Shown in pieces: positions 28,904 through 38,429 of a DNA stretch of 64,000 bases (its first letter is position 1; the number at the start of each line of letters is the position of its first letter). Both the position numbers and the translations under genes were made by a program. The notes under the pieces were generated by a model. The model was not told where the DNA came from. It was given only the letters and a program-made list of their open reading frames with translations, and made no database searches. The DNA is taken from positions 2,573 to 66,572 of the forward strand of contig CAYXYP010000003.1 of assembly GCA_964469405.1 (NCBI GenBank). Direction: 5' to 3'. This DNA comes from an uncultured Candidatus Saccharibacteria bacterium. GTDB taxonomy: Bacteria; Patescibacteriota; Minisyncoccia; Phycocordibacterales; Phycocordibacteraceae.

Positions 28904-30127
28904 ATGTTCGAATCAATTCCGTATCTTTGGCAGTACATACTGCAGACGATTGGGTTCTTTGCAATGTGTGCTTTCGTGGCGTATCTCAGTTTTCTCATTT
29001 TCAGGAAGCTTCATTCTCGTCGAGTCACGGCAATGTTTGTCGGCGTACTTTCTGTGGTCTCCGTTGCATTTTTTGTTGTGAATGGATTACCAAATGTCTT
29101 AGCGTACCCATTCTTCCTAAAAACATACGGACCGGCAGAAGGGCCGATACTTCCGTTGAAAAACGTATGGGCGTTTGTTACACATTTTGATTCTTTTGAG
29201 AAAGTCGCAAATATTGCTCGAAATCCAACGAGCCTTCCTGCTCCGTTGAATCGCTTAAAGCCCGAAAATGTTGTTATCGAAATGACTGCAAAAGAAGTGA
29301 TCTCTGAAATGGCTCCTGGTGTCACATTCAATTATTGGACATTCGACGGCGCTATCCCGGGACCGTTTCTTCGTGTGAGAGAAGGGGACACTGTTACATT
29401 GACGCTTCATAATGATGCGACAAGCCTGCACCACCACTCAATAGACCTTCACGCGGTTACGGGGCCCGGTGGAGGAGCCGCTGCGACTAACGTTGCGCCT
29501 GGGGAAAGTAAGACGATTACGTTCAAGGCTCTCAATCCGGGTATGTATGTGTATCATTGTGCCGTTCCGAATGTGGCCAGTCATATGGCGCATGGCATGT
29601 ACGGGCTGATTTTGGTTGAACCGAAAGAGGGTCTGTCGCCTGTTGATCACGAATTCTATGTTATGCAGGGAGAATTTTATAGTGCAGGAGCTCTTGGGCG
29701 CACCGGTCTGCAACTCTTCGATGCTGAGGCTATGCTTGACGGGAAGCCTCAGTACGTAGTGTTTAATGGGCGTACGGGAGCACTTGCAGAGAGTATGAAC
29801 GCGAAGGTTGGGGAGACAGTTAGGATCTACGTCGGCAATGGAGGAGTAAATCTAATCTCCAGTTTCCACGTCATTGGAGAAATCTTTGACAATGTATTTC
29901 GAGAGGGAGATCTCGTAAGTCCTCCAGCACCGAGTGTGCAGACGACGCTGGTTCCCGCGGGAGGTGCCTCTGTGGTGGAGTTCCGTGTCGATTATCCGGG
30001 AAATTACGTCCTCGTTGATCATGCCCTTTCTCGTCTTGATCGTGGCGCGTGGGGAGTCCTACATGTCACAGGTGAAGCAGATCCAGTTATCTTTACAGGT
30101 GAAATCCAGAAGGCTGGTGGGCATTGA
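28904..30127 (+). CDS. nirK: Copper-containing nitrite reductase (NirK-type multicopper oxidase), membrane-anchored
   Basis: Two N-terminal TM helices. HHHSIDLHAVTGPGGG, YVYHCAVPNVASHMAHGMYGLILVEP (type-1 Cu His-Cys...His...Met) and NLISSFHVIGEIFDNV (the classical NirK SFHVIGEIFD motif). Confidence 0.85.
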   Translation: MFESIPYLWQYILQTIGFFAMCAFVAYLSFLIFRKLHSRRVTAMFVGVLSVVSVAFFVVNGLPNVLAYPFFLKTYGPAEGPILPLKNVWAFVTHFDSFEKVANIARNPTSLPAPLNRLKPENVVIEMTAKEVISEMAPGVTFNYWTFDGAIPGPFLRVREGDTVTLTLHNDATSLHHHSIDLHAVTGPGGGAAATNVAPGESKTITFKALNPGMYVYHCAVPNVASHMAHGMYGLILVEPKEGLSPVDHEFYVMQGEFYSAGALGRTGLQLFDAEAMLDGKPQYVVFNGRTGALAESMNAKVGETVRIYVGNGGVNLISSFHVIGEIFDNVFREGDLVSPPAPSVQTTLVPAGGASVVEFRVDYPGNYVLVDHALSRLDRGAWGVLHVTGEADPVIFTGEIQKAGGH

Positions 30128-30220
30128 TTTTCCCACGGAATAGGAGTGGTGCGATTTTAGTATGGAATCATTAAAAATGTTTCCATACGGTCATCTTGAC
30201 TTGCGTTAAGTTTGCGTAGT

Positions 30221-30889
30221 TCAAATGACAGTCGCTGATGATTTCCCTTGGTAGCTTTTTGCAACGACGAGTCCAATGACTGAGCCGATAATTGCGCCAG
30301 CGATGACATCAGAAAACCAGTGAATGCTCACGGATACGCCAAGGCCTATATAGGTCGCATAGATCGTAGCAGACAAGATTATTTCTTTGCGTCTTGGGTA
30401 CAGTGCAATAAGCGCTGCAGCCATTGCGAATGCCACGGCGGTATGTGAGGAAGGCCAGCCCCAAAATATGCCCTCCTTGAAGAACCCAAAGTTAAAGTCT
30501 CTGCTGATGTCAATATTTGAAATGTTCGCGATAAGTTCGGGGTGTAGTCGTCCCGTAAATGCCTTATAGGAAGATGAAATAATCCAACCTATCACGGCTG
30601 CTTGCCCGAGCACAGCCGCAGTTTTCTCTAGCGTGAGAGATTTTCGTATCTTCCCGATAAAGTACAAACTCACGGGTACAATAATCGGAATAAAAAAACC
30701 AAGAACGGCAGCAGGGAACCTGAATGAGTACAGCCAAGTCGCGCCGACAGATTCTGAATACCACCAATCAAAGCCGGAAGTGACGAGAAGATACGTAAGA
30801 ATTATAGCGAGAATATGCCACAGAAAATTGAACCCCCGGAAGCTCCGCACAATATTGCTTGGAAGTTTGTAACTAAAATCTCGTAGCAT
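30221..30889 (-). CDS. PAP2 family membrane phosphatase
   Basis: Multi-TM. PSSHTAVAF (PSGH motif) and SVSIHWFSDV (SRxxxxxHxxxD motif). Confidence 0.7.
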   Translation of the reverse strand: MLRDFSYKLPSNIVRSFRGFNFLWHILAIILTYLLVTSGFDWWYSESVGATWLYSFRFPAAVLGFFIPIIVPVSLYFIGKIRKSLTLEKTAAVLGQAAVIGWIISSSYKAFTGRLHPELIANISNIDISRDFNFGFFKEGIFWGWPSSHTAVAFAMAAALIALYPRRKEIILSATIYATYIGLGVSVSIHWFSDVIAGAIIGSVIGLVVAKSYQGKSSATVI

Positions 30890-30996
30890 ATGGTTATGCT
30901 ACCCCATGATCATGTGAAATTTAAGTTCTCCGGTGGGCATTTATTTTGTATTAAAACAGAAACCGTCCGTACAGAGATACTCTCTGCCGGACGGCA

Positions 30997-31197
30997 TCAA
31001 CTTTTTAGATACACAAAAAATCTATCGAGTGCGACCACAACTAATATGACGATGAAGAACAGTAAGGCACACTTTCGGAGCACTCGATTTTTCCAAGGCA
31101 CCTTCTCTCTCTTTGGTGGTTCCAAGCCGTCATTCATGACAGCACCTCCTTCCTTAGGTTCGTTCAGTGAATGAAGCCGAGAGTTTTCTGAGCACAA
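30997..31197 (-). CDS. Hypothetical small membrane protein
   Basis: 66-aa ORF with a C-terminal TM helix (ALLFFIVILVVVAL) between two minus-strand genes. Weak. Confidence 0.25.
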   Translation of the reverse strand: MCSENSRLHSLNEPKEGGAVMNDGLEPPKREKVPWKNRVLRKCALLFFIVILVVVALDRFFVYLKS

Positions 31198-31273
31198 TGA
31201 TGCCGTTTATCAGTATTTATGTCAAGTTGTATGTCTATAAAAATAATAGTCGCGCACAAGTGCGCGACTATAT

Positions 31274-31744
31274 TCAATCAATAAACGGATAAAATTCAAT
31301 ACGAATAAAACCTTTTGCACGCTCTCGGTAGAATACGTTTGCGCGGAATTTTTTACCTCGAATAACAAGAGGGAACCACGCACGGTCCGACTCGAGCATT
31401 CGGCCAATTGGGAATGCGTTAATGTCGTACCATGCGGGAATCATGCTCGGAGTTTCGCGGGGTTCGCCGCTGAAACTGCTTGTGCGGTACACATGTACCT
31501 GGAAGTCCGGCACCTCAGCTGCGTAAAAGGTGATAATCGCTAATTTCTCAACCTGTTGTGGGTCGAGGACAATACCAACTTCCTCCGCTGTCTCGCGTGT
31601 GAGGCACTCGAGAATTGTCTCATGTGGCTCTTGCTTTCCTCCGGGGCCGTTCAGCGTCCCGTCACCGATTTCTGACCCTCCCTGTTTTAGGCCAAGTAGA
31701 ACCTGATTCCCACGCGTGATAATACCCAACGTTGCGATCTTCAT
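31274..31744 (-). CDS. NUDIX hydrolase
   Basis: Nudix box GGKQEPHETILECLTRETAEEVGI (GX5EX7REUXEEXGU). Confidence 0.8.
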   Translation of the reverse strand: MKIATLGIITRGNQVLLGLKQGGSEIGDGTLNGPGGKQEPHETILECLTRETAEEVGIVLDPQQVEKLAIITFYAAEVPDFQVHVYRTSSFSGEPRETPSMIPAWYDINAFPIGRMLESDRAWFPLVIRGKKFRANVFYRERAKGFIRIEFYPFID

Positions 31745-31798
31745 GGACGTCTTCTCCTTTGTTTGTACAGTCTGGCCGTATGGTATCATCGCCGCTAT

Positions 31799-32518
31799 AT
31801 GGAAACCAATGAATCAAACAATAAATTTTTACCAGCAGCAGTTTTAGTGGCCGGAGTTCTCATCGCGGGCGCGGTTATTTGGAACGGCTCGCATCCTGTA
31901 ACCGCACCGACGGGGACCGGAACTGCGCCGAAAGTGAATATCAAGGATGTGAAGACTGCCGGCAATCCTTTTATTGGCAAGGCCAATGCCCCAGTCACTA
32001 TTGCCTTCTGGAGCGACTTCCAGTGTCCGTTTTGCAAGTCCTTTGAAGTTGGTGGAGTTCCTGGGATTACGACACCTGCGGCTCTACCCGACATTATTAA
32101 GAACTATGTCGATACCGGTAAAGTGAAAGTTGTCTTTATGGACTTTGTCTTCCTTGGTAAAGATTCGGCTATTGCTGCTCTATACAACCGGTCAGTGTGG
32201 AAACTGTATCCAAGCCAGTACTTCGCTTGGCGTACGGCTATGTACAACGCACAAGACGAGGAAGGGGATCAGGGCTTTGGCAATGCCGAATCCATCGACA
32301 AACTTAGCGCAACGATCGATGGCATTGACGCAACAAAGATTGCCGCTGACGTGGTTGCAAATACTGTTGCGTATCAGGCATTCGTAGATGCTGATAAGGC
32401 GGAGGCGAAGAAAGTCGGTGTGAATGCGACACCATCTTTTGTCATCGGTACGGAGGTCATCCAAGGTGCATATCCCTATGCAAACTTCCAAGCAGCGATA
32501 GATACAGTCTTGAAGTAA
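31799..32518 (+). CDS. DsbA-like thiol:disulfide oxidoreductase (thioredoxin fold), membrane-anchored
   Basis: N-terminal TM. CPFC active site inside FWSDFQCPFCKSF. Confidence 0.8.
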   Translation: METNESNNKFLPAAVLVAGVLIAGAVIWNGSHPVTAPTGTGTAPKVNIKDVKTAGNPFIGKANAPVTIAFWSDFQCPFCKSFEVGGVPGITTPAALPDIIKNYVDTGKVKVVFMDFVFLGKDSAIAALYNRSVWKLYPSQYFAWRTAMYNAQDEEGDQGFGNAESIDKLSATIDGIDATKIAADVVANTVAYQAFVDADKAEAKKVGVNATPSFVIGTEVIQGAYPYANFQAAIDTVLK

Positions 32519-32532
32519 ATTATTAAGTACGG

Positions 32533-32575
32533 CAAACACCGAGCTCCGCGATCGCAGAGCTCGGTGTTTGCTATT
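32533..32575 (+). terminator. Rho-independent terminator
   Basis: GCAAACACCGAGCTC...GAGCTCGGTGTTTGC, a 15-bp stem, then TATTATT. Confidence 0.7.
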
Positions 32576-32583
32576 ATTGCTGG

Positions 32584-33030
32584 ATGAAAATAAAAGAGTT
32601 GGGCCACGTAGTGCTCTATGTCACTGATCTTACGCGGATGGCAGATTTCTATGAGCACACGCTTGGATTTCACCAAATTTCCCGCGAGTGGCCTGTAGCG
32701 CTTTTTTCAGGCGGTCGTACCCACCACGAACTTTTGCTTATTGAAGTGGGCGGTCAGCCAAAAGTTGCTGAACGCACTCACGAAATGCGTCCCGGTCTTT
32801 ACCATATTGGTTTTAAGATTGGCGAGGGTCCCGAAGCTGCGAAAGCAGCGTATGTTGAACTCATAGAAAAGGGCGTCAAGATAGTCGGGACGACGGATCA
32901 TAATGTGACCCATAGTATTTATATACTCGATCCTGATGGGAACGAGCTTGAGCTCTATGCGGATGTAAGCGATGATTGGAAAAAAGATCCGAAAGCGGTA
33001 CTTGCAGCACCGAAACTTTTGCGGCTGTAA
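32584..33030 (+). CDS. VOC family protein (glyoxalase/bleomycin-resistance/dioxygenase fold)
   Basis: MKIKELGHVVLYVTDLTRMADFYEHTLGF is a typical VOC N-terminus. Confidence 0.7.
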   Translation: MKIKELGHVVLYVTDLTRMADFYEHTLGFHQISREWPVALFSGGRTHHELLLIEVGGQPKVAERTHEMRPGLYHIGFKIGEGPEAAKAAYVELIEKGVKIVGTTDHNVTHSIYILDPDGNELELYADVSDDWKKDPKAVLAAPKLLRL

Positions 33031-33057
33031 TCCTCACTCATCGCATAGGAAGATGTA

Positions 33058-33786
33058 GTGTATGATTTCGGAATGACCGTCCTCTATGTCGCGTTAGCCG
33101 CTTCCGTTGCTACTTTTGTCGGCGGGTCCTTTGCGCTCCGGTTCCGCGACAAGCTCCACCTTATTCTTGGATTTTCGGCTGGTGCGGTTGCCGGCGTTGC
33201 GCTCTTTGATCTATTGCCGGAAGCTATCGAGCTTGGCACCGAGTATCACAGCGCTTCGACGGTTGCGCTTTTTGTTGCTCTTGGTTTCTTCGGCTACCTT
33301 ATCCTTGATCGGCTTATTCTTCTCCATACGCATGAAGAAGATGATGAAGTGAATGCTCCTCGCGGATTCTTCGGTGCGCTCACGCTTTCTGCGCATAGTT
33401 TTTTAGACGGTATGGCAATCGGTGTCGCATTTCAAGTCTCTGCTGTCGTGGGTATTGTCGTTGCTGTAGCTGTACTCACTCACGACTTTTCTGATGGTAT
33501 TAACACGGTAAACCTCGTGTTGCGCAATGGCGGGAGTTGGAAAAAAGCGCTTAATTGGCTGCTTGTCGATGCTGCTGCTCCGCTTCTAGGCGCCGCCTCC
33601 ACTCTGCTTTTCCATATTCCTGAATCGTACATTGGACTTATACTGGCTATTTTTGTTGGCACGTTTCTCTATCTTTCGGCGAGTGATCTTATTCCTGAGA
33701 GTCATCATCGGCATCCGCGCGCACTCACAACTGGCATGACGCTTCTTGGGGCATTCGTGATGTATGTAGTTGTGCATTTGGTATAA
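33058..33786 (+). CDS. ZIP family metal transporter (ZupT-like)
   Basis: Multi-TM. HSFLDGMAIGVAF and HDFSDGINTV are ZIP signature motifs. Confidence 0.8.
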   Translation: MYDFGMTVLYVALAASVATFVGGSFALRFRDKLHLILGFSAGAVAGVALFDLLPEAIELGTEYHSASTVALFVALGFFGYLILDRLILLHTHEEDDEVNAPRGFFGALTLSAHSFLDGMAIGVAFQVSAVVGIVVAVAVLTHDFSDGINTVNLVLRNGGSWKKALNWLLVDAAAPLLGAASTLLFHIPESYIGLILAIFVGTFLYLSASDLIPESHHRHPRALTTGMTLLGAFVMYVVVHLV

Positions 33787-33793
33787 TCATGTC

Positions 33794-34135
33794 ATGAAGA
33801 TATTTTTTCATTGGCTCATTGCGACTCTCGCGATTTTGATTGCTGCGCGTATTGTTCCTGGCATCCATGTCACCGTCACCGGAGCAATTATCGCAGCGGT
33901 TGTTCTTGGTGCGTTGAATCTATTTATCCGTCCGATTCTTCTCATTCTTACACTTCCAGTAACTATTCTTACGCTCGGCCTCTTCTCGCTTGTCATCAAT
34001 GCACTTCTGGTCATGCTTACGTCTTATCTCGTGCCGGACTTCTTGGTTATTGGGTTCTGGTCCGCGTTTCTATTCGCACTCGTGCTTTCCATCGTAAACT
34101 GGGTTTTCAATCTCTGGAGCCGTCCAATACCATGA
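33794..34135 (+). CDS. DUF360 / phage-holin-4_2-like small membrane protein
   Basis: MKIFFHWLIATLAILIAARIVPGIHV...LGLFSLVINALLVMLTSYLVPDF matches the 4-TM DUF360 pattern. Confidence 0.6.
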   Translation: MKIFFHWLIATLAILIAARIVPGIHVTVTGAIIAAVVLGALNLFIRPILLILTLPVTILTLGLFSLVINALLVMLTSYLVPDFLVIGFWSAFLFALVLSIVNWVFNLWSRPIP

Positions 34136-34341
34136 TTGATCCTGAACTCGCTGCAAAGCTCGAAGAGATTTCTGCAAAAGCGGATCGCGCTTACCAAGCC
34201 TCTGAGAGCGTGCGAAAATATCTTTTCTGGACGGGGGTTATTACCATCGCTCTTTTTGTATTGCCGCTTATTGGACTTGCGTTTGCCCTTCCGCAATTTA
34301 TCAGTTCTTACACCATGAGCCTGAACGAGATCGGCCTCTAG
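34132..34341 (+). CDS. Hypothetical small membrane protein (69 aa)
   Basis: ATG overlaps the stop of the previous gene (ATGA). One TM helix, GVITIALFVLPLIGLAFAL. Confidence 0.35.
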   Translation: MIDPELAAKLEEISAKADRAYQASESVRKYLFWTGVITIALFVLPLIGLAFALPQFISSYTMSLNEIGL

Positions 34342-34461
34342 CCCCTTGGAAGAGAGAAATCCCCACATGGGGTGTTTTGATATATAGCAAACAATATGTG
34401 TGGTATAAGAAATGCAGATGACTTTGGAACTTTATAGTTATAATCAGAGAGGAGGTGCCAT

Positions 34462-34968
34462 ATGCGCATTGCTGGGCTGTTCGTCTTGCTGTTAGTTCTT
34501 GGGTGGTCTCTATCTTGGCCTGCGACAGAACCAGAAACATTCCTTACGGATAGTCCGAGGGACGTGCTCGTCTTGACTCTCACTAAGGAGATCTTAACTT
34601 TTATCAAGGAGGATAAACTTTCCGAAAAAGATCAAAACACAGTCCGCATAATAGCTGCCTCGCTCATTAGCGATTTGCCTCTCAAAACGATAGAAGAAAT
34701 AAAAAATGATGACGCAAGAGAGAAGGATCAGCCGGGAATTACAGGGAGAGAATTCAAAGAGCAATTGAGGAAAAAACTGACAGACACTCTTGTATCGATT
34801 AATGTCGATAATCATCCACTCCCAACGGTTAGCCCGGATCTCGCGTATGACTTAGAACGACTGGATGTTCTGGATGGTATTTTGAGAAATTCAAACCTAG
34901 GAAGCGAAGCCCTGGATATTCTTTTAGTTAGTGTGATTACTCGCTTATTCACACAAACAGAAGCATGA
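34462..34968 (+). CDS. Hypothetical secreted protein
   Basis: RBS AGAGGAGGTGCCAT-ATG. Signal-peptide-like N-terminus. A strong terminator follows. Confidence 0.5.
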   Translation: MRIAGLFVLLLVLGWSLSWPATEPETFLTDSPRDVLVLTLTKEILTFIKEDKLSEKDQNTVRIIAASLISDLPLKTIEEIKNDDAREKDQPGITGREFKEQLRKKLTDTLVSINVDNHPLPTVSPDLAYDLERLDVLDGILRNSNLGSEALDILLVSVITRLFTQTEA

Positions 34969-34980
34969 TGTTAACTACAT

Positions 34981-35015
34981 GTCCTGCGTACGATCGTACG
35001 CAGGACATTTTTATG
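34981..35015 (+). terminator. Rho-independent terminator
   Basis: GTCCTGCGTACGATCGTACGCAGGAC, a perfect 13-bp stem, then TTTTTATGTTTTTT. Confidence 0.8.
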
Positions 35016-35022
35016 TTTTTTA

Positions 35023-35640
35023 CTAAATGCCTCGTTTGCCACGGGCGAGATTGGTAATGATAGGAAGAAGAGAAATGACGACGATTACGAGCGAGATAGG
35101 GACCACGTATTTCTCGCTATTCGGAATCACCGAGCCAAGAAGGAAACCAAAGAGTGTCATGCCTGCGCCCCACAAGATTCCACCGATGACGTTGTAGGAG
35201 AGAAATTTTCTATAGCTCATGGAACCGGCACCGGCAAGTATGGGTGCCATCGTTCGTACGACGGGTATAAATCGTGCGAGTATGAGCGCCCGCCCGCCAT
35301 ACTTTTGATAAAAACGTTCAGTGCGTCTGAGATAGTCCTGCTTGAAATACCATGAATCTTTGCGATCCTGGAGATGTCCTCCCACCTTTGCGCCAAACCA
35401 ATATCCCACTGAGTCGCCTAGTATTGCCGCGGCCACAACGACCATCATGAGTGGTCCGATAGAGAAAAATCCACCTTCCGCAAGGAGCCCTGCTGCAAAG
35501 AGGACCGAATCGCCGGGAAGGAACATGCCGATAAGAAGTCCGCTCTCAGCAAAGACAAGGAGCGCGATACCGATATATCCTCCCGTTTGCAAGATAGCAA
35601 TCGGGTCGAGCTGTATACATGCTAAAAGAAAGTTAAGCAT
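35023..35640 (-). CDS. DedA family membrane protein
   Basis: GGYIGIALLVFAESGLL...VVRTMAPILAGAGSMSYRKFLSYNVIGGILW is the DedA/SNARE-associated signature. Confidence 0.8.
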   Translation of the reverse strand: MLNFLLACIQLDPIAILQTGGYIGIALLVFAESGLLIGMFLPGDSVLFAAGLLAEGGFFSIGPLMMVVVAAAILGDSVGYWFGAKVGGHLQDRKDSWYFKQDYLRRTERFYQKYGGRALILARFIPVVRTMAPILAGAGSMSYRKFLSYNVIGGILWGAGMTLFGFLLGSVIPNSEKYVVPISLVIVVISLLPIITNLARGKRGI

Positions 35641-35663
35641 TCGGGTGCAGTATACTAGAACAA

Positions 35664-38426
35664 ATGGAATCAGCACCTACGTTGTCCACGCCAGAACAGG
35701 AGCTTGCATACTTGCGCGAGCAGGTGGCGCGTAAAGAGGCAGAGCTCGCTGGAGGGGGGAATGATGAGCGAGTAAAAATTATTTCTGAACAGATACACGT
35801 GCATGCAGCTGCACCAGTAGAAGTGCTCGCGAGCGAGTATCGTATGGCCGAATCTGCGATTATTAATACTGCAGACAAGATACTTGCCGAACTACATCTC
35901 GGTGGAAGTGAACAAGCTATCAAGAGTTTGCAGCAGACGATAGTGGAAAAGGGGATTAAGAATGCGCTCAGTGTCGCCGAGAAACTTAATGATCCGCATG
36001 TCACAGACGATTTCCATCGGTATCTCGTGCGTTACGTAGCCGCAGGCCTGCTCGCTCCAGGATACGACGAGAAAATGCCGCGTTTCCAAGCACTGAAGAT
36101 GACACTTTACGAGATTGCACTTCCCGGGCCAAAAAATGTGGAGAAAAACGATCGCGCGAAGACGCTCAAGGAGCTTATTTCAGGCATGGAACAATTCTAT
36201 GCGGGTCTTCTTTCAGTCGAAGATGCGACACCGGGTGAGCCTCACTACTACGCGCTTGAGCTCGCGGTGCCTGCCGACAGTCCAGAGCTTCAATTCTATG
36301 CAGCGGTGCCAAACGGGAAGCGGAATTTATTTGAGAAACAACTTCTTGCCATCTTCCCCGATGCACATCTCGTGCCACAACCATCTGATTACAATATTTT
36401 TGCTCCGAATGGGGTCTCGCTCGTCTCGACGGCAACGTTTGCGGAGAATCCCGCACTTCCTCTCAAGGATTACACTGATTTTGATTATGATCCGATTAAT
36501 GCGATTACAAACGCATTCGCGAAAATAGCGCATGCAGGCGAGGGTGCAGCGCTCCAGTTCATTATTGAGCCACGTGCAGAACGGTACGTGAAGCATTATC
36601 AGAAAATTCTTCAAGCTCTTCGCAAAGGAGAAAAATATTCTTCGGCGTTTAGTATTCCCGATACGGTTCTCGGCACAATTACTCGCGATATCGGCCGGAC
36701 ACTTTTTTCCAATAAACCGAAAGATGTCGTAAAAGCAAAAGAGGCTGAGACGCGACAAATTGAAGCAAACAAGACGCATATTGAACAAGTGGAGAAGAAA
36801 ATTTCAGCGCCTATACTCGGCGCGACGATACGGCTCGCTGTTTCCTCAAAGGATGCATCGACGAGCGGTCAAGTACTCGGCGAGCTTGAAGCAGCGTTTA
36901 ATCAGTTCGCAAATACGCAAGGGAATCGTTTAGAGTTCATTCGTGCCGATCAGCGCCAGACTCAGAGTACGCTAAACGATTTTTCCTTTCGCTTGCCGGA
37001 TGCTTCGCATACGCTCCCACTGTCGCTTCATGAGCTCACCGCCATGTATCACTTCCCGCCGTCTGGTATCGAGAGCTCTCCACATCTGAAGCAGGCGCGC
37101 TTCACGCATGCTCCGGCGCCACTCTCGCTTCCTCAGGTCGGAACGCTCCTTGGTATCAACAATTATCGCGGACAAGCCACAAACATTCATCTTGGTACCG
37201 AGGATCGTCTGCGTCATCTCTACATCATCGGACAGACTGGCACGGGTAAGACAGGACTGATGAAGTCGATGGTCGTCCAAGATATACAAAATGGCGAGGG
37301 ATGTTGCTTCATTGACCCTCACGGGTCAGATATTATGGACATTCTCGCCGCAGTACCGCCTGAGCGGTATACGGACGTAATCTATTTCGACCCTGCAGAT
37401 CTCTCGCGTCCATTCGGACTGAACTTTCTCGAATACGATCTTTCGCGTCCCGAACAAAAGACGTTTATCGTAAATGAGCTCCTGATGATTTTCAGGCGCC
37501 TGTATGGTGATGTTCCGGAAAGCATGGGTCCGGCATTTGAACAATATTTTCGAAATGCGACGTTGCTCGTGATGGAAGATCCGTCGAGTGGTTCAACCAT
37601 GCTCGATATCGCTCGTGTGCTTGCCAACAGCGAGTTTCGTCACGAGAAACTCGCAAAGAGTATGAATCCCATCGTGAATCAATTTTGGAACGAAATTGCG
37701 ACGAAAGCCGGTGGTGATGCTGCGCTTGAAAATATCGTCCCCTACATCACCAATAAGTTTGATGACTTCACAGCGAATGATTTCATTCGTCCAATCGTAG
37801 GACAGCAGGAGTCTTCTTTCAAATTTCGCGAGGTCATGGATACAAAAAAGATACTTCTCATCAATCTCTCCAAAGGCCGCTTGGGCGAGCGAAATGCGAA
37901 CCTACTTGGTCTCATTATTGTTGGGAAGCTTTTTATGGCGGCACTTTCCCGCGCAGACAATCCGCGTAAAGAGTATCCGCCTTTTTATCTCTACATCGAT
38001 GAGTTCCAGAACATCACGACCGACTCGATTCCTGGCATTCTCTCTGAAGCGCGCAAATACAAACTCGCACTGACGATGGCGCACCAATTTCTCAATCAAG
38101 TTGAAGAGAAAACACGTAGCGCAGTCTTCGGAAACGTAGGTAACATGGCGGTCTTTCGAACGGGCGAAGAAGATGCCGAGTTCTTTGCCAAACAATTTTC
38201 TCCGGTTTTCGAGGCGCTCGATTTCGTAAATATAGAGAATCGCAATGCGTACGTGAAGATTCTTGCGAGCGGCGTGCCGCAAAAACCTTTCGATATGAAA
38301 ACGCCGGATGTGCCTGCGGCACATCCGGCGCAAATAGACGATCTTATTCACCTCTCGTCGCGCACCTACGGTCGCGACCGTGCTACAGTCGAAAATATGA
38401 TTCGTGAGCGCTATCTCTCGAAATAA
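35664..38426 (+). CDS. Large P-loop ATPase with a VirD4/TraG/TraD (type IV coupling protein)-like C-terminal domain and a ~500-aa N-terminal domain of unknown function
   Basis: Walker A GQTGTGKTG followed by FIDPHGS. C-terminal YLYIDEFQNI (Walker B-like) and ILSEARKYKLALTMAHQFLNQVEEKTRSAVFGNVGNMAVFRTGEEDAEFF, which closely matches the TraG-D_C/TrwB consensus. No N-terminal TM helices. Confidence 0.65.
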   Translation: MESAPTLSTPEQELAYLREQVARKEAELAGGGNDERVKIISEQIHVHAAAPVEVLASEYRMAESAIINTADKILAELHLGGSEQAIKSLQQTIVEKGIKNALSVAEKLNDPHVTDDFHRYLVRYVAAGLLAPGYDEKMPRFQALKMTLYEIALPGPKNVEKNDRAKTLKELISGMEQFYAGLLSVEDATPGEPHYYALELAVPADSPELQFYAAVPNGKRNLFEKQLLAIFPDAHLVPQPSDYNIFAPNGVSLVSTATFAENPALPLKDYTDFDYDPINAITNAFAKIAHAGEGAALQFIIEPRAERYVKHYQKILQALRKGEKYSSAFSIPDTVLGTITRDIGRTLFSNKPKDVVKAKEAETRQIEANKTHIEQVEKKISAPILGATIRLAVSSKDASTSGQVLGELEAAFNQFANTQGNRLEFIRADQRQTQSTLNDFSFRLPDASHTLPLSLHELTAMYHFPPSGIESSPHLKQARFTHAPAPLSLPQVGTLLGINNYRGQATNIHLGTEDRLRHLYIIGQTGTGKTGLMKSMVVQDIQNGEGCCFIDPHGSDIMDILAAVPPERYTDVIYFDPADLSRPFGLNFLEYDLSRPEQKTFIVNELLMIFRRLYGDVPESMGPAFEQYFRNATLLVMEDPSSGSTMLDIARVLANSEFRHEKLAKSMNPIVNQFWNEIATKAGGDAALENIVPYITNKFDDFTANDFIRPIVGQQESSFKFREVMDTKKILLINLSKGRLGERNANLLGLIIVGKLFMAALSRADNPRKEYPPFYLYIDEFQNITTDSIPGILSEARKYKLALTMAHQFLNQVEEKTRSAVFGNVGNMAVFRTGEEDAEFFAKQFSPVFEALDFVNIENRNAYVKILASGVPQKPFDMKTPDVPAAHPAQIDDLIHLSSRTYGRDRATVENMIRERYLSK

Positions 38427-38429
38427 TCT

